A stretch of 64,000 nt of DNA. It comes from an uncultured Gemmatimonadales bacterium (lineage in GTDB: Bacteria > Gemmatimonadota > Gemmatimonadetes > Gemmatimonadales > GWC2-71-9). The DNA lies in contig CAVQGA010000012.1 in NCBI GenBank assembly GCA_963711915.1, positions 31,841-95,840 on the forward strand, in the 5' to 3' direction. Shown here in pieces: positions 39,389 to 47,743 of the stretch. Under the pieces are notes generated by a model. The model made no database searches and had not been told where the DNA came from. It saw only the letters and a list, made by a program, of their open reading frames with translations. The position numbers and the translations under genes were made by a program. Every line of letters starts with the position of its first letter. Position 1 is the first letter of the stretch.

Positions 39389-40380
39389 GCGGCGCGTTCC
39401 GCGCGGCCGCGCCGGTACGGCTCGACTTCGCCGGCGGCTGGACCGACGTGCCGCCGTTCTCCGCACGCGAAGGCGGCGTGGTCGTCTCGGCCGCGATCGG
39501 CCTCCTGGCCCACGCCGAGGTGCGGCCCGGCGGGACCGGGCTCCGGCTCGTTGCCGACGACCTCGGCGCGAGGCTCGATCTGCCCGGCGACGCCGTGCCG
39601 TCGCCCACCGGCCCGCTGGCGCTGCTGCAGGCCGGGCTGCACCTGCTGCCGGTCGGGCCCTGCGCCCTCACTACCCGGTCGGACGCGCCGCCCGGCTCGG
39701 GGCTCGGCAGCTCGGGCGCGCTCGATGTCGCTATTGTAAGCGCGCTCACGGCCGCGCGCGGCGAGACGCTGGACACCAGCGGCGTGGCCCGCCTCGCCTG
39801 CCGGCTCGAGAACGTGGAGGCCGGCATCCCCGGCGGCCGACAGGACCAGTTCAGCGCCGCCTTCGGCGGTTTTCTCCGGCTCGCGTTCCACGACCCGGCC
39901 GTGACGGTCGAGCCGCTGAGCCTCGACCCCGCGCTCGCCGCCGAGCTCGAGCGCCGCATGCTGCTGGTCTACACCGGGGCGTCTCGCTTCTCGGGCGACA
40001 CCATCGGCCGCGTGATGCGCGCCTACGAGCGCCACGACCGCGGCGTCACCGCCGCGCTGCACGGTCTCCGCGAAGTCGCCGAGCGGATGACCGGTGCGCT
40101 CGGCGCGGGAGAGCTCGCCGCCGTCGGCGCGCTGCTCGACGCCAACTGGGCGCACCAGCGAACGCTCGACCCCGGCATGTGCACCCCGCGCATGGACCAG
40201 CTCAGCCGCGCGATGCGCGACGCCGGCGTGCTCGGCGGCAAGGCCGCCGGCTCGGGCGCCGGCGGCTGCATGTTCTTCCTGGGCCCCGACGATCCCGCCG
40301 CCGCCCGCGCGGCGGTCTCGTCGCTGGGGATGACCATCCTGCCGGTCCGCTGGTCGGCCGAGGGGGTGCGCCCGTGCTGA
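39385..40380 (+). CDS. GHMP-family sugar kinase (HddA/fucokinase-like)
   Basis: APVRLDFAGGWTDVPPF and PPGSGLGSSGA motifs. The GTG start overlaps the SBP stop (GTGA). Confidence 0.8.
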   Translation: MSGAFRAAAPVRLDFAGGWTDVPPFSAREGGVVVSAAIGLLAHAEVRPGGTGLRLVADDLGARLDLPGDAVPSPTGPLALLQAGLHLLPVGPCALTTRSDAPPGSGLGSSGALDVAIVSALTAARGETLDTSGVARLACRLENVEAGIPGGRQDQFSAAFGGFLRLAFHDPAVTVEPLSLDPALAAELERRMLLVYTGASRFSGDTIGRVMRAYERHDRGVTAALHGLREVAERMTGALGAGELAAVGALLDANWAHQRTLDPGMCTPRMDQLSRAMRDAGVLGGKAAGSGAGGCMFFLGPDDPAAARAAVSSLGMTILPVRWSAEGVRPC

Positions 40381-43103
40381 CCGCCGCGGAGCTGGACGCC
40401 CGGCGCGAGCTGCTCGGCGAATCGGCCGACCTCGCCGCGCTCGCCCGCCGGCTCGCCGAGCGCGCCGCGCCGCTGCTCGCGCGCCCGCCGATCATTCCGT
40501 CGGCCAAGGCGCTCCTCACGGCGGACGGCGGCGTCTGCCCCGACGACGGCGCCCCGCTCGAGTTCGACCCCTGGAGCCCCGCGGCCCACCGCTGCCCGCG
40601 CTGCGGCCGGAGCTTCTCCGGCGAGCGGCACGATCGCGCCTGGGCCCGGTTCCAGCACCTGTGGCTCGCCGAGCGCGCCGCGACGCTGGCCGCGCTGGCC
40701 GGTCTCGCGGGCCACGACGGCGCGGCCGCCCGCGCCGGCGAGATCCTCTCCGCCTACGCGTCGTCCTATGTCCAGTTCCCCAACCGCGACAACGTGCTCG
40801 GCCCGAGCCGGCTGTTCTTCTCCACCTACCTCGAGTCGATCTGGCTCACCAACTACCTCGCGGCCGCGGTGCTGCTCCGGGAGAGCGGCCGGCTCGCCGA
40901 CGCCGTGGCGGAGGGCGTGGCCGTCGTCGCCGACGAGGCCGCGAACGTCATCGGCGAGTTCGACGAGGGCTTCTCCAACCGGCAGACCTGGCACAACGCC
41001 GCGCTCGCGGCGATCGCCGTCTGGTTCGAGGACGAGGAGCTGCTGACCCGCGCGGTACAGAGCCCCACCGGCATGCTGGCGCACCTGGTGCAGGGCTTCG
41101 GCCCCGACGGTATGTGGTACGAGGGCGAGAACTATCATCTCTTCGCGCTCCGCGGCCAGCTCACCGCCATGGGCTGGGCGCGGCAGGCGGCCGTGGACCT
41201 GCTGGAGGACGAGCGGCTCGCCGCCCAGCTTGCCGCGGCCCTCCGCGCGCCGGCCCTGAGCGCGCTGCCCGACCACACCTTTCCCGCGCGCAAGGACTCG
41301 CGCTTCGGCGTCTCGCTCGCGCAGCCGATGTATCTCGAGCTCTGGGAGGTGGGCCTCGCCCGACTGGGCGACATGGAGTCCGATCTCTGGACCTGGCTCC
41401 GCGAGCTCTACGCCGCGCCGGCGCCGCCCGCGGGGACCTTCGACTCGTACCTGCACGAGGCCGGCGCGCCCGCGCCTTCGGCCCCGCGCACCCGCGCGGA
41501 TCTCTCGTGGTGGTCGTTGCTCGAGATGCTTCCCGAGCTGACCTCGGAGAGCCCGCCGTGGACGCCCGGCTCCGTGCTGCTCGAAGGGCAGGGGCTCGCG
41601 ATCCTCCGCGCCGGGGATCGCTACGCCAGCCTCGAGTGCGGCCGCTACGGCGGCGGCCACGGCCACCCCGACCGGCTGCATCTGACGCTCCACGCCGCCG
41701 GGCATCACTGGCTCGCCGATCCCGGGACCGGCTCCTACGTGAGTCCCGATCTCCTCTGGTATCGCTCGACCCTGGCCCACAACGCGCCCCGGCTGGACGA
41801 GCGCTCCCAGGCGCCGGGCGACGCGGAGTGCGACGCCTTCGAAGTGCGGGACGCCTGGAGCTGGACGCGCGGCCGCTACGGCGAGCTCTCCCGCACGCTG
41901 GTGGCGGGCGCGTACCTGCTCGACGTGGTCGAGCTCAACGCTCCGGAGGAGCGGACGCTGGAGCTGCCGTGGCACCCCGAGGGCCGGGTCGAGGTGGTGT
42001 CGGCCGGCGCGTGGGTCGCCGGCCGGCTGGACGACGGGTCGGTCGCGGAGGTCGAGCGGTTTGCCGCCTCCGGCGCCGGCGCCGTCGTGTTGCGCGCGCA
42101 CGCGGAGGACGGCGCGACGCTGACGCTGCAGCTCCTTTTCGACGGCGAGCTCTTCCGGGCGAGCGCCCCGGGCCGGCCCGACCGCGGCGGCCGGGAGACG
42201 TTCTACCTGATCCGGACCCGGGGCCGTGCCGCGCGCGTGATCGCGGCGCTCGAGAGCACGCGCGGCGTGCCGGCGCTGCGCGCGCTGCGCGCCGCGGGGC
42301 AGGTGATCGAGGTCGAGACCGCGAGCGGGGTGGACCGACACCTCGGCACGCCCGCCGGATGGGAGATCGAGGGCCCAGCGGGAAGCGTGCGCCTGGCCGG
42401 GCTCCGCCGCGCCGTCGCCGTGCCGCGGCCGCTGCTCGATCTCGACCGGCCCCAGCGGGCGGCGGGGATGGCGCCGCACGTGAATCCCGCCCCCGGGCTC
42501 GACGGCACCCTCGACGCATTCGACGCGCGGGCGCCGCTCACGCTCGACTACGAGGACCAGTACCGTCGGAGCGAGGAGCCCTACGGCGGCCCCGAGGAGT
42601 TCTCCGCCACGGCCGTCCTCAACTGGGACGAGGACGGCCTCTACCTCGGCGTGGACGTCGTGACGGCCGAGGTGATCGTGCGCGCCGGCGACGCGCCGCC
42701 GCTCCGGCTCGACAACGAGCCGGACGACATCCACGCCGACGGCCTCCAGGTCTATCTGCGGCCCGATCCGGCGGGCCCGGTCTACGGCTTTCTCGTCGTG
42801 CCGGCCGACGACGCGGGCCGGATCCGCGTCCGCCCCACCACCGGCGAGGCCGGCCGGCCCGAGATGGTGACGGGCGCCTGGCAGCCGACCGGGACCGGGT
42901 GGTCGATGTCGCTCCGCATCGCGCTCCCCGACTGGAGCCCGCGCGGCGGCGACATCCTCGGCTTCGATCTGCTGGTGAACGAGATGCACCCGGACCGGCT
43001 CCGCCGGGCGGGCCAGCTCGTCTGGAGCGGCGGCGGCGGATGGGCCTACCTCCGCGGCGACCGCCAGCCGGTCGACGCGTTCGGCACGGTCGAGCTCGGA
43101 TGA
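40374..43103 (+). CDS. heparinase II/III-like protein with an N-terminal Cys/His cluster and a C-terminal CBM9-like domain
   Basis: (alpha/alpha) toroid-like N-terminal half, GHGHPDRLHLTLHAAGHHWLADPGTGSY (heparinase II/III C-domain hallmark), and a C-terminal LDGTLDAF...LNWDEDGLYLGVDV...GFDLLVNE CBM9-like module. The GTG start overlaps the kinase end by 7 nt. Confidence 0.75.
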   Translation: MLTAAELDARRELLGESADLAALARRLAERAAPLLARPPIIPSAKALLTADGGVCPDDGAPLEFDPWSPAAHRCPRCGRSFSGERHDRAWARFQHLWLAERAATLAALAGLAGHDGAAARAGEILSAYASSYVQFPNRDNVLGPSRLFFSTYLESIWLTNYLAAAVLLRESGRLADAVAEGVAVVADEAANVIGEFDEGFSNRQTWHNAALAAIAVWFEDEELLTRAVQSPTGMLAHLVQGFGPDGMWYEGENYHLFALRGQLTAMGWARQAAVDLLEDERLAAQLAAALRAPALSALPDHTFPARKDSRFGVSLAQPMYLELWEVGLARLGDMESDLWTWLRELYAAPAPPAGTFDSYLHEAGAPAPSAPRTRADLSWWSLLEMLPELTSESPPWTPGSVLLEGQGLAILRAGDRYASLECGRYGGGHGHPDRLHLTLHAAGHHWLADPGTGSYVSPDLLWYRSTLAHNAPRLDERSQAPGDAECDAFEVRDAWSWTRGRYGELSRTLVAGAYLLDVVELNAPEERTLELPWHPEGRVEVVSAGAWVAGRLDDGSVAEVERFAASGAGAVVLRAHAEDGATLTLQLLFDGELFRASAPGRPDRGGRETFYLIRTRGRAARVIAALESTRGVPALRALRAAGQVIEVETASGVDRHLGTPAGWEIEGPAGSVRLAGLRRAVAVPRPLLDLDRPQRAAGMAPHVNPAPGLDGTLDAFDARAPLTLDYEDQYRRSEEPYGGPEEFSATAVLNWDEDGLYLGVDVVTAEVIVRAGDAPPLRLDNEPDDIHADGLQVYLRPDPAGPVYGFLVVPADDAGRIRVRPTTGEAGRPEMVTGAWQPTGTGWSMSLRIALPDWSPRGGDILGFDLLVNEMHPDRLRRAGQLVWSGGGGWAYLRGDRQPVDAFGTVELG

Positions 43104-44263
43104 GAGACGCCGTCGCGGGCTTCACGTCGACCGGCAGCAAGCGGCCCGAGGCGCTCTTCGGGGGCGCGGCGGCGGGCGTGCCCGACGCGATGCTACGCTC
43201 GTCGGGCTGCCGGGTGTGGGACGCCGAAGGCCGGGAGTATCTCGATCTCGTGATGGCGCTCGGCGCGGTGGCGCTGGGCTACGCGCACCCGGCGGTGACC
43301 GAGGCGGCGGTGCGCGCGGTCCGGGACGGCGCGGTCGGCTCGCTCCCGCCGGTGCTCGAGGCGGAGGTCGCGGCGGAGCTCCGGCGGCTGATCCCGTGGC
43401 TCGAGCGCGTGCGCTTCCTCAAGAGCGGCGCCGAGGCGATGGCGGCGGCGGTGCGCCTGGCGCGGACCGCGACCGGACGGGAGCGGGTGCTGGGTTGCGG
43501 CTACCACGGCTGGCTCGACTGGTGCCAGGCCGACACGAAGGGCGTGCCGGGCTCGACGCGCGCGCTCTATGCCGAGCTGCCGTTCAACGACGCCGCGCGC
43601 ACCCGCGAGCTGATCCGCACCGCCGGCGACTCGCTCGCGGCGGTGGTGTTCGAGCCGGTGATCCTGGCGGCGCCCGATCCCGACTGGCTCGCCGTGCTCC
43701 GCGAGGAGACCGCGCGCGCCGGCGCGATCCTGATCGCCGACGAGATCAAGACCGTCGGCCGCCTGGCCGTGGGGGGCGCGTGCGAGCGCTACGGCGTGCG
43801 GCCCGATCTCGTCGTCGTCGGCAAGGCGATCGCCAACGGCTTTCCGCTCGCCGCCGTCGGCGGTCGGGCGGAGATCATGGACGCGGTCGGGCGAACGTGG
43901 ATCTCGTCGACGCTCGCCACCGAGTGGGTGTCGCTCGCCGCCGCGCAGGCCACGCTGGGGGTGCTCTCGTCCGAGCGGGTGCCCGAGCATCTCGGCCGCG
44001 TGGGAAGCCGGCTGCTCGCTGGGTTTGGTGGGCTGGCGGAGCGGCACGGGAGGGTGGTGAGCGGGGTGGCGGGGGTGCCGGAGATGTGCTGTCTCGTGTT
44101 TCACCGGGAGAGCGCGGGAGCGGCGGTCGCGGTCGAGGCCGCGCGAAGGGGGCTGCTGTTCAAGCGCGGGGCGTACAACTTCGTGTCGTTGGCGCATGAC
44201 GAAGCTGCGGTGGATCGCGCGTTGGAGGTGCTGGAGGAGGCACTCGGCGCGGTGGCGCGCTGA
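43100..44263 (+). CDS. class-III (GSA-aminomutase-like) PLP aminotransferase
   Basis: LKSGAEAMAAAVRLAR, IADEIKT and VVGKAIANGFP (candidate Schiff-base Lys). The ATG overlaps the upstream stop (ATGA). Confidence 0.85.
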   Translation: MRDAVAGFTSTGSKRPEALFGGAAAGVPDAMLRSSGCRVWDAEGREYLDLVMALGAVALGYAHPAVTEAAVRAVRDGAVGSLPPVLEAEVAAELRRLIPWLERVRFLKSGAEAMAAAVRLARTATGRERVLGCGYHGWLDWCQADTKGVPGSTRALYAELPFNDAARTRELIRTAGDSLAAVVFEPVILAAPDPDWLAVLREETARAGAILIADEIKTVGRLAVGGACERYGVRPDLVVVGKAIANGFPLAAVGGRAEIMDAVGRTWISSTLATEWVSLAAAQATLGVLSSERVPEHLGRVGSRLLAGFGGLAERHGRVVSGVAGVPEMCCLVFHRESAGAAVAVEAARRGLLFKRGAYNFVSLAHDEAAVDRALEVLEEALGAVAR

Positions 44264-44276
44264 TCGGAGATGTGGG

Positions 44277-44383
44277 CATGCCGCCGCAGCTCGCCGTCGC
44301 GCGGCGGGCCCTTCGGTCGCTGCGGTGCGCTTCGAGCGCTGGGATCGCGCAGGGACCTGAGGGCGCACCGACGCTCCCTGCGG
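44277..44383 (+). repeat. approximately 107-nt structured repeat, copy A
   Basis: Starts 14 nt after the aminotransferase stop. See copies B and C. Confidence 0.8.
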
Positions 44384-44454
44384 GACCACCGCGCGCCGGC
44401 GGCTGCTCGCCTTTGTCCGATTCGCCGGGCGCGTCGCTTGAGCGAGGATGCGGC

Positions 44455-44561
44455 CATGCCGCCGCAGCTCGCCGGCACGCGGCGGGCCCTCCGGTCGCTG
44501 CGGTGCGCTTCGATGGTTGGATCGCGCAGGGACCTGGGGGCGCACCGACGCTCCCTGCGGG
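44455..44561 (+). repeat. approximately 107-nt structured repeat, copy B
   Basis: Direct repeat of copy A, 178 nt downstream. Mismatches are few and counted by eye only. Confidence 0.8.
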
Positions 44562-44738
44562 GCCACGCGAGTCATCCTGGCCCCGACTCGGGCGACCACC
44601 TCGCCGTCCCCTCCGGCGAGGCCGTGGACCGACGCCCGCGCGAGCCATCTCCATTCGTGCCGACCGCGTTAGATTGGGAAAACGGCATCCCGGCGCCCCG
44701 CCGCGCGCGAGCCATGCACGCATACACTTGGAGGTCCG

Positions 44739-44948
44739 ATGTCCCCGAGAAAGCCGACCGTCGACGATGCCGACGACGTGGACGATGAGGATGGCTTGGT
44801 GGAGGAGGAGGCCGAGGAGGAGACCGACCTGAGCCTGGAGACGCATGACGAGGACGAGGTCGGCCTGGGAGGCAGGCACGGCGACGACGAGGACGCGGAG
44901 GAGGACGAGCCGTTTCCGCCGGAGGATGACGACGATCTCGAGAGTTGA
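44739..44948 (+). CDS. hyper-acidic small protein (69 aa, about half Asp/Glu)
   Basis: GGAGG lies 5 nt upstream of the ATG. Mostly G/C-ending codons. The stop is 6 nt before the next gene's GTG. No family recognised. Confidence 0.5.
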   Translation: MSPRKPTVDDADDVDDEDGLVEEEAEEETDLSLETHDEDEVGLGGRHGDDEDAEEDEPFPPEDDDDLES

Positions 44949-44954
44949 CCGCCC

Positions 44955-45755
44955 GTGCTGATCGACGTCCACGCGCACTTCCTGCACGACCGCACGCCCC
45001 GCGCCGACTGGGACGCCCGGAACGCGAGCCGGCTCCGCGCGGGGGAGCGCGTGGGGATCACGGTCCACGTCGCCTCCATTCTCGGAAGCTGGGGCGCGAC
45101 GTCGCCCACCTACTTTCCCTCGCCTGCCGACCTCCGCTACGGCAACGACCGCCTGCTCGCGCTCCAGCGCGAGCACCCCTCGCGCATCCGCGGCTACGCC
45201 GCCGTCAACCCCAACTACACCGAATCGGCGCTCGCGGAGATCGCGCGCTGTCTCGACGCGGGCATGATCGGGATCAAGCTCGCCGCCAGCCGGCGGGCCG
45301 ACGATCCGCTGCTCGACCCGATCTGCCGGGTGGCCGCGGCGCGCGGCGTGCCCGTGCTGCAGCACGTCTGGCAGCATCGCCGGCGCGACTACCCGGGCCA
45401 GGAGGCGTCCGACGCCCATGAGCTCGGCGCCCTGGCGGCCCGCCATCCCGACGTCGCCTTCCTGCTGGCCCACATCGGCGGCGGCGGGGACTGGCTGCAC
45501 TCGCTCCCGGCCATCCGTCCGCTCGCCAACGTGTACGTGGACCTGTCGGGCAGCGGCGTGGACGGCGGGATGCTGGAGGCGTGCATCGACGCCGTGGGCG
45601 TGGGCCGGCTGCTCTGGGGGTGCGACCTCACCATCGAGACCGGCTGGGCCAAGCTCCGCTATCTCGAGCACCTGCTGCCGGCGGAGGAACAGGAGCGCGT
45701 CCGCTGGCGGAATGCCGCCGGCATCTTCCCGTCAGGCGCCTTTCCCTCCGACTGA
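44955..45755 (+). CDS. amidohydrolase-2 (PF04909-like) TIM-barrel hydrolase
   Basis: N-terminal LIDVHAHFL (HxH), LLAHIGGGGDW and LLWGCDL motifs. GTG start. Confidence 0.75.
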   Translation: MLIDVHAHFLHDRTPRADWDARNASRLRAGERVGITVHVASILGSWGATSPTYFPSPADLRYGNDRLLALQREHPSRIRGYAAVNPNYTESALAEIARCLDAGMIGIKLAASRRADDPLLDPICRVAAARGVPVLQHVWQHRRRDYPGQEASDAHELGALAARHPDVAFLLAHIGGGGDWLHSLPAIRPLANVYVDLSGSGVDGGMLEACIDAVGVGRLLWGCDLTIETGWAKLRYLEHLLPAEEQERVRWRNAAGIFPSGAFPSD

Positions 45756-46528
45756 TGCGCATCGACGTCAACGCCTTCGTCGGCTCGTATCCCTACCGCC
45801 GCGTGCCGGGCACGTCGCCCCGGGCGGTGCTCGCGGCCATGGATCGGGTCGGCGTGGACGAGGCCTGGGTCACGCACCTCCCCGGCGTGTTCTGGCGCGA
45901 TCCGACCGAGGGCAACGCCTGGCTGCTCGAGGCCACCCGCGAGGAGCGGCGCCTCCGCCCCGTGCCGGCGGTGCATCCGGGCCTCGCAACCTGGCGCGAC
46001 GCGCTTCGCGCGGCGGTGGATGCCGGCGTGCCTGCCGTCCGCGCCGATCCCACGTTCTACGGGCTCGATCCCGCCGGCGCCGCGATGCGCGCGCTCGCCG
46101 CGGCCTCTGGCGAGGCCGGCATGCCGCTCGCGCTCGCCGTGCGGTTCGAGGACGGGCGCCAGCGGCACCCGAACGACGGCGCGAGCGAGCTTCCGGCCGC
46201 CGCCGTCCGGGCGCTCATCCGGAGCGACCCGCGGGTCCGCCTGCTCGTGACCCACGCCGACCGGCCGTTCATCGAGGAGGTGCATTTCGGCTCGACGCCC
46301 GCGGAGGCGGCCCGGATCTGGTGGGACATCTGCTGGATCTGGGGACCGCCCGAGGACCACCTGCAGACGCTGCTCGGCACGGTCGGCGCCGCGCGGTTCG
46401 TCCTCGGCACCGGCCAGCCGCTCCGGCTGCCGGAGAACGCCGGCGCCAAGCTCGACCTGCTCGAGATCTCCGCGGCCGACCGCGCCGCGATCGAGAGCGC
46501 CAACGCGCTCGCCCTCGGCGCCCGGTGA
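45755..46528 (+). CDS. amidohydrolase-2-like paralogue lacking the N-terminal HxH motif
   Basis: MRIDVNAFVGSYPYRRVP occupies the position of IDVHAH. It keeps the TIM-barrel-like pattern (LLVTHAD..., FVLGTGQPL). The ATG shares 1 nt with the upstream TGA. Confidence 0.6.
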   Translation: MRIDVNAFVGSYPYRRVPGTSPRAVLAAMDRVGVDEAWVTHLPGVFWRDPTEGNAWLLEATREERRLRPVPAVHPGLATWRDALRAAVDAGVPAVRADPTFYGLDPAGAAMRALAAASGEAGMPLALAVRFEDGRQRHPNDGASELPAAAVRALIRSDPRVRLLVTHADRPFIEEVHFGSTPAEAARIWWDICWIWGPPEDHLQTLLGTVGAARFVLGTGQPLRLPENAGAKLDLLEISAADRAAIESANALALGAR

Positions 46529-46860
46529 TGCCGCTCGATCGCGAGCGGGAGCACTACCGCATCAGGTACCCCACCGGGGCGCGCCCCAGGTTCGTCAGCG
46601 AAACGCTCGACCGGCAGGTGATCGACCTCTGCGAGCAGGGCCTGCGCTACCGCATGTGCGACGGTGAGATCCGGGCCCTCGGCGACGAGGTGGAAGGCCT
46701 TGTCCGGCTTCGCCGCGGGGAGGAGATCCGGGTGCTCGGCACCGTCGTGCGGATGAGCGAGCGCGAGGTGGCGCTCCGGCTCCCGGTGGGCGTGCCGCTC
46801 CGGATCGTGCTCGAGGAGCAGCGCTACCTCCGTGAGCATCATCGGGGCTCGGCGTGGTGA
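46528..46860 (+). CDS. stand-alone PilZ domain protein
   Basis: RxxxR (REHYR), followed about 20 aa later by DLCEQG (a D-x-S/A-x-x-G variant with Cys). 110 aa. The ATG shares 1 nt with the upstream TGA. Confidence 0.6.
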   Translation: MPLDREREHYRIRYPTGARPRFVSETLDRQVIDLCEQGLRYRMCDGEIRALGDEVEGLVRLRRGEEIRVLGTVVRMSEREVALRLPVGVPLRIVLEEQRYLREHHRGSAW

Positions 46861-46864
46861 GCGC

Positions 46865-47743
46865 GTGAGCGTCGCGGATCGTCTGGCCGGTGGGCTCGTT
46901 CCCGCGGTGCCGGTCCCGTTCCGCGGCACGGCGCTCGACGAGGCCGCCCAGCGCGGCTACGCCCGCTGGATGGCGGCGCAGCCCGTGGCCGGCGTCGCGG
47001 TCTGGTCGCATACCGGGCGCGGCCCGCACCTCGCCGCCGACCAGCGGCGCGAGGTGCTCGACGTCTGGCGCGAGGCGCTGCCCGACCGGCTGGTCATCGC
47101 CGGCGCGCGCGACGTCACCATGGCGATCGAGGCCCGCCGCGGCCGGGCCGACGCGCTGCTCGCCTTCCCCGAGCGGAGCGACCCGGTGGGCTACCATCGC
47201 CGGCTGAGCAGGGAGCTGCCGGTCCTCGCCTTCTGGCTGTACGAGGCCGCGGGCGGCGTGGCCTACGACGACGCCACGCTGCACGCCATTCTCGATCTCC
47301 CGGACGTAGTCGGCATCAAGGTGGCGACGCTCGACTCGGTCATGACTTTCCAGCGGCTCGCGGCCCTCCTCCGCGCGCATCCCGACAAGCTGCTGGTCAC
47401 CGGCGAGGACCGCTTCCTCGGCTACTCGATCATGCTCGGCGCGCGGGCCGCGCTCGTGGGGATGGGGGCCGCGCTTCCCGACATGCAGGCCGGCCTGCTG
47501 CGCGCGCACGCCGAGCGCGACTGGCACACGTTCCACACGCTCTCCGAGCTGTGCGACCGGCTCGCCGAGGTCACCTTCATCCCGCCGATGGAAGGCTACG
47601 TGCGCCGCATGCTCTGGGCGGCGGCGGCCGACGGGGCGCTGCCCCCCGAGGCCTGCGACGATCCCTGGGGCCCCGCGCTCCCGGCCGAGGAGCGCGCGGC
47701 CGTCGAGCGCGTGGTGCGCGATGCCCGGCCGGCTCGCGCGTGA
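46865..47743 (+). CDS. dihydrodipicolinate synthase/N-acetylneuraminate lyase family (DapA-like) protein
   Basis: LVPAVPVPF..., VVGIKVATLD (candidate Schiff-base Lys). GTG 46865 is 4 nt after the PilZ stop. Confidence 0.7.
   Translation: MSVADRLAGGLVPAVPVPFRGTALDEAAQRGYARWMAAQPVAGVAVWSHTGRGPHLAADQRREVLDVWREALPDRLVIAGARDVTMAIEARRGRADALLAFPERSDPVGYHRRLSRELPVLAFWLYEAAGGVAYDDATLHAILDLPDVVGIKVATLDSVMTFQRLAALLRAHPDKLLVTGEDRFLGYSIMLGARAALVGMGAALPDMQAGLLRAHAERDWHTFHTLSELCDRLAEVTFIPPMEGYVRRMLWAAAADGALPPEACDDPWGPALPAEERAAVERVVRDARPARA

Noticed and set aside
40023-42989. 988-aa ORF on the - strand
   Set aside because: It is antisense to the heparinase II/III-like gene and has low-complexity Arg/Pro/Gly composition. 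The same reasoning applies to 39339..43103, 40661..44263, 37237..40380, 50293..52560, 9263..11098, 16669..18876 and the other long out-of-frame ORFs.
44272-44832. ORFs of 172-186 aa across the 107-nt repeats
   Set aside because: They translate the two repeat copies (MPPQLA..RRALRSLRCAS.. appears twice). There is no coding periodicity beyond the repeats.
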